A DNA stretch of 64,000 nt. It comes from Eledone cirrhosa (taxonomy: Eukaryota). Position numbers and translations under genes: made by a program. Where the stretch lies: assembly GCA_964016885.1 (NCBI GenBank), contig OZ024742.1, positions 181,598,001 through 181,662,000 on the forward strand, written 5' to 3'. Positions 15,850 through 29,318 of the stretch are shown here, in pieces; the stretch's first letter is position 1, and the number at the start of each line of letters is the position of its first letter. The notes beneath the pieces were generated by a model. It saw only the letters and a program-made list of their open reading frames with translations. It ran no database searches and was not told where the DNA came from.

Positions 15850-17765
15850 AACCACTAGTCAGACAGAGTGTGAGCTGGTGGTGGAACAGCACAGTTGATA
15901 GAGCCATTAAAGCCAATAGACAGACATGAAAAGACTAGAAGAATGAGGGTAGCAGAGACTGGGCCAGGTAATTAAGAGAGAAGCTATACAACAGGTATAC
16001 ACAGCTTGAAGAGAGGCTGAAAAAAGAAGACTTACTAATGTCTTGTGTCATGAAGATCAGGTACATGAAGTGTTCTGCATTGCTAGACAGTGGGTCAGTG
16101 TGAAATGGGATGTTGTTGGGGAAAATTGTGTTAGAAATGACACTAGTACCATTGATGCTCAAAAGAAAGAGGCCTGGAAATGTTACTATAAGAGACTGAT
16201 GAATGTAGAGAACAAATGGAAGAAGGAGAGACTACCCCCAACATATCCAACAGAAGGACCAGCTATTGAAGTTGACAGTTATAGGGTCAAAGAAGCAATC
16301 AAGGAGATGAAGAATGGTAAAGTTGCAGGACTGTCAGATATAGTTTCTGAGATGCTAAAAGCATCGAGAAAAATAGGAGCCTAACTAGTAACATGCATAG
16401 TGAAGCAGGTAATACAGGACGAAGTCATACCCAATGACTGGCACAGCAGTACAATTATAAATTGCTACAATGGCAAATGTGATTCTCTAGAAAAGAGCAA
16501 ATATAGAAGAATAGAACTAATAGACCAAGTTATGAAAGTAATGGAAAGAGTTATAACACAGCTAATTAGGGAAAAAATCAAATTAGATGAGATGCAGTTT
16601 TGTTTCATGTCTGGGAAAAATACTACAGGTGCCCTCTTCTTAGTGAGGCAACTATAAAAGAAGTTCCTAGAATAAGCTGCTATATTTAGCTTTCGTTGAT
16701 CTAGAAAAAACCTTTCACAGAGTACCACAATCTATTATTAGGTCGTCCTTAAGGATATTAGGTCTAGAAGAAGGGCTTGTGAGAGCAACGCAATCCATGT
16801 ACAGAGGGTCTGTCAGTAAAATAAAAGTAGGAAGTGAGTTTAGTAAGGAATTCAAGATACAGGTAGGAGTTCATCATGGTTCGATTTTTAGCCCACTAAT
16901 GATAATTCTCCAGGTCATAACATAATAGTTTAAGTCCAGCTGTCCATGCAAAATTTTCTATGCAGATGACCTGGTCCTTTTAGCTGAATTCATAAAAGAA
17001 CTAGAGAATAAGTTGCAACTATGGAAACAGAACTTGGAATCAAAACGTTTGAGAGTAAACTTAGCCAAACCTAAAGTGGTAGTAAGTAGCCAAGAAGATA
17101 AGACCCTAATTTCCCCAGACAATTGGACCTGCTCAATAGATAGAAAAGGAATAGGCATAAACTATATACAAAGTACACAATGTAAATCTTGGATACACAT
17201 GAGATGTAGTAGGATATCAGGTAGACTAATAGGATGGGAAGACTCGGTATGGAAAAGATGCACAAGGATAATCGAGGGGAAGAGTATCGGTGACATATAC
17301 CTTTTCCAATCACATGAAGGATCTATAGAAGTGGTTGATAGCTTCTGCTATCTAGGTGACCTAATTAGCAGTGAAGGGGGGTGCTCTGAGAGCATAATAG
17401 CTAGAATAAGCATAGATTGAAGAAGTTTAGAGAGCTACTCCAACTGTTGACAACAAAAGGTTTCTTCCTACGTAGAATAAGACAGCTGTAAGATGCCTGT
17501 GTGAAATGCGATGCTGCATGGTAGTGAAACATGGGCAGTGACTGTAGAAGACATGCATAGGTTGGAGAGAAATGAAGTAACCATGCTTCATTGGATGTGC
17601 AATATAATTGTGAAAGAAAGACAGAGCTTGGATGAACTGAGGGAAAACTGGGTTTAAGAGAAATAAGAAGTGATATGCAAGAGAGAAGACTGTGTTTGGT
17701 ACAGACATGTGATATGCATAGATGAAGATTGCTGGGCGAAGAAATGCCAGGAATCTCAATGGATA
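15850..17765 (+). pseudogene. Degenerate RTE LINE (RT region, several stops and frameshifts)
   Basis: ORF pieces 16043-16384, 16400-16657 and 17013-17420 are homologous to the RT at 22648. Confidence 0.85.
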
Positions 17766-17873
17766 TAAGGAAGTCAAACTACGCAAGCATGTAAATATAT
17801 GCACCACACTGGTTTGGTAAAGATAAACTCCATTTACTAACAGGTGAATATTATTTTTCTGCTTTAAAAGAAA

Positions 17874-17967
17874 CCCTCTGATAAAGGAATTTTTCGTACA
17901 ATATTGCTTGTCTTAATTTATTAGGATAATTAATATTGTTTCTTAATTCCAGAAACTGCATTTAGGG
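17874..17967 (+). ncRNA. Degenerate type-I hammerhead ribozyme
   Basis: ccct-CTGATAA-a ggaatt...aattcc a-GAAA-c tgca t-T-T-aggg; near-palindromic stem III. Confidence 0.5.
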
Positions 17968-18559
17968 ACTATATGCTCGTGAAGCTCTCTTGTATTAGTT
18001 AGATTTACTTTATTCTACTCAATGGAAACTTTGGCATAAGTTAATCTATGTTTATGCAAGGTCTATCAGAAAAGTAACAGGACTTAGTGTGATGTGTGAG
18101 CTATCAGTGGGTTGCATCACTGTGATGTAATATTTGGGGAGTATATAACTGTGATCCCAGCTCTTTGTAGCCATTGTATGTTTTTCACATGCTTTTGTTA
18201 ACAGCTCCTCAAATGTTGGCTGTCAAATGATGGGTACAGAGCAATGAACCATGCTTGAAGTTTCTGGTCTGACTGGGAAAAACTCCATCAAGAGCAATCG
18301 GAATACTGCAGCAAGTGTACAGCACTAAAATGACCACATTAAGAGTGGGCTGTGTGCAGTTGATGATGGCACTAGCACTGCCTCATTACATCAAGGAGGA
18401 CGCACATCTTCCATCAGGCTGAAGATAGCAGTAATGGGAATGTGGGAAGGGTGGCAAACAACATGCTGCTTGCGTGAGGGGGATCATCTTATAGTGGGTG
18501 TGGAAGTAGCAGATATTAGAGGTTGCTTTGAAGCAACTAATATGTCTGGCATTATATTA

Positions 18560-18745
18560 TGGCAGTATCGGTAGAGGGTCGGACGCCATGCTTTGATGCA
18601 TTGAGTTACAGCCCTTGCCATTCTGAGTTCAAATCCCACCGAGGTTAACTTTGCCTTTCATCCTTACAGGGTCGATAAAATAAAGTACCAGTAATGTAGT
18701 GGGATAATAGCTGGCCTTGTACCAAAAGTAGAAACAATTATATTA
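18560..18745 (+). mobile_element. SINE family 2
   Basis: Close match to 11151-11345. Confidence 0.85.
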
Positions 18746-19543
18746 TGAGACATGCTCAGCTTTCTGTGTGTGTGAGTGAGGAATATATTCTTTTTTCTTT
18801 TATTCTTTAATGCATTTCAGTCATTAATCAGCAACCTCCACAACCCACCACTTCCTCACCCACAGTAGGATGCCCCCCCCCCCTCTCCCTAGGCAAGCAA
18901 CATGTTGCCTGCTCCTTCTCTCCATTCCTATCACTGCTATCTTCAGCCTGACCAAGGACATGTGTTCTCTATTGTTGTAATGAGGTAGTGCTGGTGCCAT
19001 GATAAAATACACCCAGCCCCACACTAAAGGAATATAATCAATCATATTGACACCAATATTCATTTATTTTTTCAAGTCTGGTAGATATTTTATCAATCAC
19101 TCTAGAATTTTCACCACCATTTATGTTATTTTTTTTATATCATAGCATTTTTTTTTAAACAGTATGTAATAGAATTAAGTATCTTTGTTCAATAGAATAG
19201 ACAGAAAATTCAAAGAATAGATTTTGTTGTTTATCAGCCTTGTTTCGTATATGTAATTATAGATGTTATGCTTAGTTTAGCAACACTGCTGACTGCTCCA
19301 ATACAAATAAGTGGCTGGCTGTAAAATTGACCTGAAAATTAGTTCTTACTTTTTGTTATTCAGATAGGTAATTGTCTGTAGATGGGTATTTGAGTGGGCA
19401 GGTGTGGAGAGGGGATGGAGATCTACACATTCATTTAGGTGAGGTGGATCAGTTGATCAGAGTGAGGTGGAAATAAAATAAGATTATAATTTTTGCAAGA
19501 GAATTTTAGTGATTGTGCGTGTATATATGTATATATATATATG

Positions 19544-19586
<43 letters not shown>

Positions 19587-19594
<8 letters not shown>

Positions 19595-20089
19595 ATACTT
19601 TGGGAGGGTCATGTTGCCAATATAAACACACACACCTGTTGGTTTTCACTTTAATTTATTGTAAATTTCTGGCTGGTTGGCTGGTTGTTTCGATAACCAG
19701 AAGGTTGTTTGTATATTGTCAAAGCCCTTTCATCACAAATTCTGTGACCTCCTCAGTGACTAAGTTTTTATTTTGTTTGTCTCTCCTTTGTTTTATCCTA
19801 CACCATCTTGTACAAAACAAGATGGTGTAGGATAGAACAAAGGAGACACACAAAATAAAACCCTAGTCTCTGAGAAGGTCACAGAATTTGTGATGAAAGG
19901 GCTTTGACAATATACAAACAACCTTCCGGTTATCGAACCAACCAACTGGAAATTTATAATAAATTGAAGTGAAAACCAACAGGTGTGTATGTTTTTATTG
20001 GCAACATGACCCTCCCAAAGTTTAACAATATCTGTTTCAACACCCGTTTTCAGATAAGAAATCTTGCAAAACAAATTGAAAAACGAATA

Positions 20090-20090
<1 letters not shown>
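19587..20090 (+). mobile_element. Penelope-type terminal fragment: inverted pLTR + pLTR + tail, in (TA)n
   Basis: About 220-bp arms, 19587-19811 and 19816-20031, each carrying a hammerhead motif; same family as 62029-62408. Confidence 0.7.
19718..19760 (-). ncRNA. Minimal type-I hammerhead ribozyme
   Basis: Minus strand reads gtca-CTGAGGA-g gtcaca gaatt tgtgat-GAAA-gggc-T-T-tgac. The mirror copy at 19866-19908 (+) has CTGAGAA. Confidence 0.7.
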
Positions 20091-20123
<33 letters not shown>

Positions 20124-20163
20124 CATATATATATAATTGTTTCTATATATAATGTTAATGAGT

Positions 20164-21000
20164 AACAGTCAGTAAAATGTGAGTAAGAAATGAGTTTAGT
20201 GGGCAATTCAAGGTACAAGTAGGAATGTATCAGGGCTCAGTCCTCAGCCCACTTCCATTTATTATGGCTCTCCAAACCAGAAGAGTTTAAAACTGGCTGT
20301 ATATAGGAACTCCTGTAAGCAGATGATCTGGTTCTCAAAGCTAAATCTGTGGAAGAAATTCAGAGAAGAAATTTTGGTTGTGGAAACAGAACTTAGAAAT
20401 AAACAGGCTCAGAAGAAACTTAGCAAAAACTAAGGTTTTAGTAAGTAGGCAAGAAGCCAGGACAATGGTCTCATCGGGGGAAGTAGCCTTACTTGATATA
20501 TAGAAAAGGAGTTGGCAAAAACTCTATATGATGTTCATAATGTAAATATTGGGTACATAAGAGGTGTAGTGGGATAGTAAGCAAACTGACATGAAAAGTA
20601 GGCTTTGTATGTAGCATATGCATTGGGATATATATTAGTATGAGCTTCAGTTAAATGATTTTTTTCTAATTCCAGGAAGGATCCATAAAAGTGGTTGATA
20701 GCTTTGGCTACATATTAGCAGTGGCTGAGGGTGTTCTAAGAGCATAGTAGCTATAATGTAAACAGGATAGAAAAGTTCAGGGAGCTACTGCCTCTGTTGA
20801 CTTCAAAAGGCTTCTACCTATGAACAAAAAGGCCAGCTGTACAATGGATGAGTGCAATGCTGCTTGGTTGTGAGACATGTGCAACAAATTCAGAGGATAT
20901 GCAAAGGCTGGAGAGAAATGAAGCCAACAAACTTCGATGGATTTGAAATGTAAATGTGCATGAACAAAAAAACATGGATGAACTGAGAGGCAAGTTGGGT
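20164..21000 (+). pseudogene. Highly degenerate RTE LINE RT/PHD region
   Basis: catcagggctcagtcctcagcccac-like (HQGSVLSP) and gcagatgatctg (ADDL) segments. Confidence 0.7.
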
Positions 21001-21084
21001 CGGGGAATCGTGTCTTGCTCGTATAGGACTGTTTCTGGCTGGTTTTCTACGGCTGGATGCTCTTCCTAATGCCAACCACATTTA

Positions 21085-21159
<75 letters not shown>

Positions 21160-21166
21160 GTGTGTG

Positions 21167-21197
<31 letters not shown>

Positions 21198-21198
21198 G

Positions 21199-21283
<85 letters not shown>

Positions 21284-21284
21284 G

Positions 21285-21364
<80 letters not shown>

Positions 21365-21546
21365 CAGAGGTATCCACAGTAAGTTGTGGGGACTATTCTG
21401 CATGAAGAACTCAATGTAATCCATATGTTGAAAATGTTGTAGGTTAAGATAAATCTCGGAAAACAATAAAACATTGAAAGGAAAACAGAGTCATGATATA
21501 AGTTAATACAATGAAATGAAAAATCAAGTCATTAGAGATATACTTT

Positions 21547-21686
21547 ACTGCTTTACGATCGTTTCTAGATGATGATAATACATTGTAGCTATACTCCGTT
21601 ATTGATCTATGTAAGGTTAGTTACAAACTATCAGATAAAGAGAAAATTTACTTACATGCATATCACCAGCTGTTTTCAAAAGCAAT
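21547..21686 (-). ncRNA. Type-I hammerhead (U3:A8 variant core) in the PLE-3 pLTR
   Basis: attgctt-TTGAAAA-c agc tggtgata...tatcatca tct a-GAAA-cgatcg-T-A-aagcagt; 7-bp stem I and palindromic stem III. The mirror copy at 27161-27300 (+) has TTGAAAG and CAAA. Confidence 0.65.
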
Positions 21687-22609
21687 ACTAATTTTATTCA
21701 GAATTAGTAGTATGTTAGTATCATGTCCTTATTTGGGGGTTGTTGAAGTACTAACGAATCAAATTGTTTTATTCATATGGTGTTAAGATGAAAAGTAATA
21801 CACTTTAGTTGAGGTCATGACCTTTTGAAAGGAATGGTTGAATGGTGTTAATAGTAAAATTGGCATAAAAATCTATTAGGAGGAAAGGGATTGTTGAATG
21901 TATCTGGTATAGTGAAGTTAAAAAGAATGTCAAAATAAATGGTGATTAGTGTTGTATTGAGTTTTTAGGTGAATATAAATTAAGGTTATGGCTAGGAAAG
22001 ATAGTATATTAAAAGATGAAAATTATAATAAGATAATGAAATACAGTAATGCGATAATATACAACTTAACCAACACAATATAGTACGGTGTGGTAAATTG
22101 CACTTAGTATAATACAGCATATGATATGCTCTAAATACTATCAAGTATGTTTATGCATAAATAATCAAACTCAGATAAATACATGTTGGCATAGTTAAAA
22201 CACATACATTTCATAGATTACAAAGTGCATATATCCACACTATATATAGAGAGAGGTACAGTTAAATTGATATCCAACCCAAAATATACATACGCACAAA
22301 TAAATGCAAACCTAAATACACATTTACAAATATGCACATAATCATATACACACATATCCATACATATCTATATCCACACATACACACCTATACCCACATA
22401 TATACATATAAATATATACACACATATACATACATATATATATATATGTGTGTGTATGTACACTCCACGTACAGGTACACACACTCATATATAAACACTC
22501 ATGCACCTATACTCATATATACACACACACACAAACACGCAATATATATATATATATATACACACACACATACATATCCATATATATATACATACATATA
22601 TACACATAC

Positions 22610-22647
<38 letters not shown>

Positions 22648-22651
<4 letters not shown>

Positions 22652-24222
22652 TGAAGGCATCTGGCACGGAGGGACACACCATGGTCACCCGCATAGTTAA
22701 CCAAGTCGTACAGAATGGGGTTGTTCAGAAGGACTGGCATAGCAGCATCATCGTTAACTGTTATAAGGGTAAAGGAGACGCCCTCGATAGGAGTAACTAT
22801 AGAGGCATTAAATTAATCGACCAGGTCATGAAGGTCACGGAAAAAGTAATAGCGCAACTAATCAGAGAGAGAATTGACCTAGATGAAATGCAGTTCGGGT
22901 TTGTGTCAGGCAAATGTACCACAGACGCTCTTTTCATAGTACGACAACTACAGGAGAAGTACCTAGCTAAAGGTAAACCCCTCTACTTAGCTTTTGTCGA
23001 CTTGGAGAAAGCCTTCGACAGAGTCCCCCGCTCCATTATCTGGTGGGCTCTTAGAAAACTAGGCGTTGACGAATGGCTTGTGAGGGCTATACAAGCCATG
23101 TATAAAGAAACAGTCAGCAAGGTTAGAATTAACAACGAATATAGTGAAGAGTTTAGCGTAAAAGTTGGCGTCCATCAGGGCTCTGTTCTCAGCCCACTAC
23201 TATTTATTATTGCCCTTCAGGCTATAACAGAGGAGTTCAAGACAGGCTGCCCATGGGAACTCCTATACGCAGACGACCTGACACTCATAGCGGAATCAAT
23301 GGCCGAGCTAGAGAAGAAATTCCAAACATGGAAGCACGGCCTAGAGTCAAAAGGACTTAAAATTAACCTGGCTAAGACCAAAGTACTAGTTTGTAGGAAA
23401 GAAAACAAGGCAGCGGTCCCTTCTGGGAAATGGTCGTGCTCGGTGTGTAGGAAAGGCGTAGGTAGAAACTCCATTTTATGTCCTAAATGCAAAGTATGGG
23501 TGCATAAAAGATGTAGTGGGATCACAGGTAAGCTAACTAAGAACATAGATTTTACATGTGGCCGGTGCTCTGGTGCAATAAGTAGCAGCAAGTGCCCACA
23601 AAATACTAGCTCTTTCAATTGCGCAGAGGGTTCTATAGAAATAGTGGACAGCTTCCGTTACCTGGGCGATAAAATCAGCAGTGGGGGAGGGTGCTCTGAA
23701 AGTACTGTAGCTAGAGTCAGAACTGGTTGGAAAAAGTTCAGAGAGCTTATACCACTATTAGCTGCTAAAGGGTTCTCACTAAAAATGAAAGGCAGGTTGT
23801 ACGATGCCTGCATACGAACAGCAATGCTGCATGGCAGTGAGACCTGGGCATTGTGTGCAGAGGATATACGCAGACTAGAGAGGAACGAAGCTTGCATGCT
23901 CCGCTGGATGTGTAACAGTAATATACGTGAACGGCAAAGCATAAACGAACTAAGGAAAAAATTAGAGATAAGAGGGATCAGATGTTGTTTACTCGAGAGA
24001 AGGCTACGTTGGTATGGACACGTGATGCGCATGAAAGTCGATAGCTGTATAACAAAGTGCAGGGCAATAAAGATAGACGGTAGTCACGGAATAGGCAGAC
24101 CTAGAAAAACCTGGGACGAGCTGATAAACTCCGACATCACACACTTACACCTCTCCAAGACAATGTCACTGGACCGAGACCTTTGGCGGTACTCAGTAAC
24201 AGAGAAGACCCGCCTTACCTAA
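22648..24222 (+). CDS. RTE-clade reverse transcriptase (5'-truncated ORF, uninterrupted) with an internal PHD-like finger
   Basis: KGKGD...NYRGI, QFGF, AFVDLEKAFDRV, GVHQGSVLSPLLF, YADDL, C4HC3 cluster, RLRWYGHV. The first 49 aa of the track ORF are microsatellite. Confidence 0.9.
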
Positions 24223-24625
24223 ATATATAGTAAAACCTACTCCAGCCAGTAGGCATCTCTAACAAAATACACCCCGTCCCACCACCACCACCACCCCCAC
24301 CCCATCCACACCACCCCGTTCTATGTAAAGTTATGTTGGTGCCGCGCCATCGAGGCTGAAACAAATGAGATCGTGTAGGTGTCACGACAAAAAAACACAC
24401 AGTCCACGCTGTAATGTGGCCGTGTAGGCAACACGGTAAAAACCTCCCAGACCCACACTGTAAATGTGGTTGGTGTTAGGAAGGGCATCCAACTGTAGAA
24501 AACCTGCCAGACAGTCCTATGCGAGCAAGACAATCACTCTTGCCTCAAGTGGGACTACCCCCGTCCAAACCCATGCAAGCGTGGAACACGGACGTTAAAC
24601 GTTGATGATGATGATGATGATGATA
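22648..24625 (+). mobile_element. RTE LINE family A, young 5'-truncated copy inserted in (TA)n within PLE-3
   Basis: ORF followed by a 3' UTR ending ggacgttaaacgt(tga)n; (TA)n on both sides. Confidence 0.92.
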
Positions 24626-24880
24626 TATATATATATATATATACACACATAAATATATTTCCATATCTTACATAGATATATATTTACTCATGCAATCACG
24701 GGTGGTTGTGTACCTTGTTGCCTTTAGTCATTAACGCATAAACCTAAGGAAGCTAAAACATTAAAAGGTAAAAAATAAGCATGAATGCATATAATTAGGG
24801 GAAAGGGGTACTAATAAATGTTACTCTATATAGAATTATAGTGAGTTGCTATTTAGAATATTTAATTAGGTTTATAGTAT

Positions 24881-26266
24881 TTAATTAGGTTTATAGTATT
24901 TAAATGTTCTTCGTACACAGTGATTACAAACTATGATCAGTTCCTGCCTTTTATTTAATAAATCGTCCTTAGATTTAGTAATTTCCAAGATCTCTCCTGA
25001 ACATAATCTGCATTCCCTCCTGTTTCCAAGATATGGAGTTCTTTGTAGAATGGTGTTCCACGATAACTTGAAATCTATTTTTTTCTTTTTATAATTATTT
25101 ACCGCTTCAGCTAAAGATGTGGTGTTTGCTAGTTTAGTATTGTTGAAACTACCAGAGTGTGTGTAAAATCTTTTCTTAAATGTGTTTGATGTAGATCCTA
25201 TATATGTTTTGTTGGAGTCAGTAGTAGATGCAGTGCATTCATATAATACATTATTAATCAAACAGTTGCCAATTAAGGGGCAAATGCTTCTATTTCTGCA
25301 ATTACAGTCATACGTAAGATGGTTTTGGGGGGTGCTTATACTATTCTCATTTATCCTTGAGCTATTCCTATTGTAATTAATGATAGCAGAAGAATGAAGG
25401 TTGCTTTGTGGGTGGTTTGGTGCTAGGGTTGTATTGTGATTTTGTGTTCTGTTGTTTTTGTGTTGGTGATTTGGGTGGTTGTGTTTTCTAGGTTGAAGGA
25501 TTGTATTATTTGTCTTTTTAAAAGGTGCAGTCCTATTTAAATTATGTTGCGGTGGTGTAGTCATATTATTTTAAAGTTTATAAATGTTGTAGTTGCTTAT
25601 TTTTTGCTGGAGGTTGCTTGATGTAGAGTATGAGAATTTAACAGTATATTTGTTAAATATTTGGTGGTATCTGTGGTTTGGTGGAAAATGTTTATGTAGA
25701 ATTTCAAAGAATTTTGGGGGATTTGTTTGCAAGTTGAATCGTGCGTTGTACCATGTTATGTTTCTTTTGCGGTTTTTAGTTAAGTTTTTATTATCCCTCA
25801 TATTATTGTGTTGTATTCTAGAAGAATTCCTATGGTTAGTGTCCTTATTTGTGGATTTTGGTAAATTACCATGGTTGTATTTGGTGTTATTTTTGGGTAG
25901 ATTATGAGATTTTGAGTGCTTGGTATTCACATGATGGTTGATAATATTGGTCATAGATAGTGTAGTAATAATTGTTGTGGTTTTTCGGTTGTTTGGTGTA
26001 ATAGGAATAACCACTTTAGGTATTTGTTTCAATGGTATTTTTTGGTGTTTGTAGTTTTTGCTAGGTTTTATATTTTAGTCCACAGTAGTGTTGGGGATAT
26101 ATGAGATTTTTTCTTTATATCCACTTCTAGTTAAGGCATCGTTGTAGAAGGGTGCATTATTATAAAATATATCTTCATTGGAAGGTAATTTAGAAAGTCT
26201 AAGAGATATGTTATATACTAAGTTCTTGAGTATAGAGCCAGGGTGGTTAGATAGTGAATGTACATA
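24881..26266 (-). pseudogene. Penelope-like RT C-terminus + Cys finger + GIY-YIG endonuclease (disrupted)
   Basis: SNHP..ILKN...RLS; WYN; KFSYST; CNC...CPL..C; VLY..C...TYIGST...FKKRFY.H; CRLC..E; LLNKRQE..CNH. Confidence 0.88.
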
Positions 26267-26277
26267 ATGTGTGTGTG

Positions 26278-26334
<57 letters not shown>

Positions 26335-27347
26335 TTGTGTGTGTGTATATGTGAGTATAGGTGCATGAGTGTTTATATATGAGTGTGTGTACCTGTATGT
26401 GGAGTGTACAGATACACACACATATATATATATGTATGTATATGTATATATGTGGGTATAGGTGTGTATGTGTAGATATAGATATGTATAGATATGTGTG
26501 TATATGATTATGTGCATATGTGTAAATGTGTATTTAGGTTTGCATCTATTTGTGCGTATGTATATTTTTGGTTGGATATGAATATAACTGTACCTCTCTC
26601 TATATATAGTGTGGATATATGCACTTTGTAATCTATGAAATTTATGTGTTTTAACTATGCCAACATGTCTTTATCTGAGTTTGATTATTTATGCATAAAC
26701 ATACTTGATAGTATTTTAGAGCGTATCATATGCTGTATGATACTAAGTGCAATTTACCACACCGTACTATATTGTGTTGGTTAAGTTGTATATTATCTCA
26801 TTACTGTATTTCATTATCTTATAATTTTCATCTTTTAATATACTATCTTTCCTAGCCATAACCTTAATTTATATTCACCTAAAAACTCAATACAACACTA
26901 ATCACCATTTATTTTGACATTCTTTTTAACTTCACTATACCAGATACATTCAACAATCCCTTTCCTCCTAATAGATTTTTATGCCAATTTTACTATTAAC
27001 ACCATTCAACTATTCCTTTCAAAGGGTCATAACCTTAACTAAAGTGTATTACTTTTCATCTTAACACCATATGAAAAAAAAAATTTGATTTGTTAGTTCT
27101 TCAAACACTTCCAAATAAGGACATGATACTAACATACTACTAATTCTGAATAAAATTAGTATTGCTTTTGAAAGCAGCTGGTGATATGCATGTAAGTAAA
27201 TATTCTCTTTATCTGATATTTTATAACTAACCTTACATAGATCAATAACGGGGTATTGCTACGATATATTATCATCATCTACAAACGATCGTAAAGCAGT
27301 GAAGTATATCCCTAATGACTTGATTTTTTATTTCATTGTTTTAACTT

Positions 27348-27466
<119 letters not shown>

Positions 27467-27470
27467 TATA

Positions 27471-28498
27471 TCTGGTGCAATAAGTAGCAGCAAGTGCCCA
27501 CAAAATACTAGCTCTTTCAATTGCGCAGAGGGTTCTATAGAAATAGTGGACAGCTTCCGTTACCTGGGCGATAAAATCAGCAGTGGGGGAGGGTGCTCTG
27601 AAGGTACTGTAGATAGAGTCAGAACTGGTTGGAAAAAGTTCAGAGAGCTTATACCACTATTAGCTGCTAAAGGGTTCTCCCTAAAAATGAAAGGCAGGTT
27701 GTACGATGCCTGCATACGAACAGCAATGTTGCATGGTAGTGAGACCTGGGCATTGTGTGCAGAGGATATGCGCAGACTAGAGAGGAACGAAGCTTGCATG
27801 CTCCGCTGGATGTGTAACAGTAATATACGTGAACGGCAAAGCATAAACGAACTAAGGAAAAAATTAGAGATAAGAGGGATCAGATGTTGTTTACTCGAGA
27901 GAAGGCTGCGTTGGTATGGACACGTGATGCGCATGAAAGTCGATAGCTGTATTACAAAGTGCAGGGCAATAAAGATAGACGGTAGCCACGGAATAGGCAG
28001 ACCTAGAAAAACATGGGATGAGCTGATAAAATCCGACCTCACACACTTACACCTCTCCAAGACAATGTCACTGGACCGAGACCTTTGGCGGTACTCAGTA
28101 ACAGAGAAGACCCGCCTTGCCAGTAGGCATCTCTAACAAAATACACCCCGTCCCGCCACCACCCACACCCCATCCACACCACCCCGTTCTATGTAAAGTT
28201 ATGTTGGTGCCGCGCCATCCAGGCCGAAACAAATGAGATCGTGTAGGTGTCACGACAAAAAAACACACAGTCCACGCTGTAATGTGGCCGTGTAGGCAAC
28301 ACGGTAAAAACCTCCCAGACCCACACTGTAAATGTGGTTGGTGTTAGGAAGGGCATCCAACTGTAGAAAACCTGCCAGACAGTCCTATGCGAGCAAGACA
28401 ATCACTCTTGCCTCAAGTGGGACTACCCCCGTCCAAACCCATGCAAGCGTGGAACACGGACGTTAAACGTTGATGATGATGATGATGATGATGATGAT
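27471..28498 (+). mobile_element. RTE family A 3' fragment, near-identical to 23569-24625
   Basis: Direct repeat; lacks the ~28 bp around the stop codon, so the ORF ends ...RLASRHL. Confidence 0.92.
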
Positions 28499-28507
28499 AT
28501 ATATATA

Positions 28508-28579
<72 letters not shown>

Positions 28580-28638
28580 TATATAAGTTAAAACAATGAA
28601 ATAAAAAATCAAGTCATATATATATATATATATATATG

Positions 28639-28676
<38 letters not shown>

Positions 28677-28752
28677 TTAAAACAATGAAATAAAAAATCA
28701 AGTCATATATATATATATATATATGACTTGATTTTTTATTTCATTGTTTTAA

Positions 28753-28914
<162 letters not shown>

Positions 28915-28937
28915 CACATACACATATATATATATAT

Positions 28938-29318
28938 GGAGGCACATGGCTTAGTGGTTAGAGCATTGGCCTTGCAATCGAAAGGTTGTGAGTTCAATTC
29001 TCAGACCAGGTGATGTGTTGTTTCCTTGAGCAAGACACTTTATTTCACATTGTCCCAGTTTACTCAGATGTAGAAATGAGATGATAGGGACTGGGGTCCT
29101 TATCATTCCACAGAATGGTGCCACGGCAAAAAAGCACCCAGCCCACACTGTAAAGTGGTCGTGGAGGTGCCACGGCAAAAAAGCACCCAGCACTCACTCT
29201 AAATGAGGTTGGTGTTAGGAAGGGCATCCAGCTGTAGAAATTAAGCCAGAATCAGTTTCCGTCCCACCCTTGCAAGCAGGGAAAAAGAGGACGTAAAATG
29301 AAATGATGATGAAATGAT
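28938..29318 (+). mobile_element. tRNA-derived SINE family 1 (CORE-like body, RTE-type 3' tail)
   Basis: tggcttagtgg (A-box), gagttcaattc (B-box), tccttgagcaagacacttta, ggttggtgttaggaagggcatccagc shared with the RTE 3' UTR, and a (GAT)n end. Confidence 0.88.

Noticed and set aside
28938-29010. tRNA genes at the SINE heads (also 14355-14400 on the minus strand)
   Set aside because: The cloverleaf is incomplete; the heads continue into SINE bodies or repeat context.
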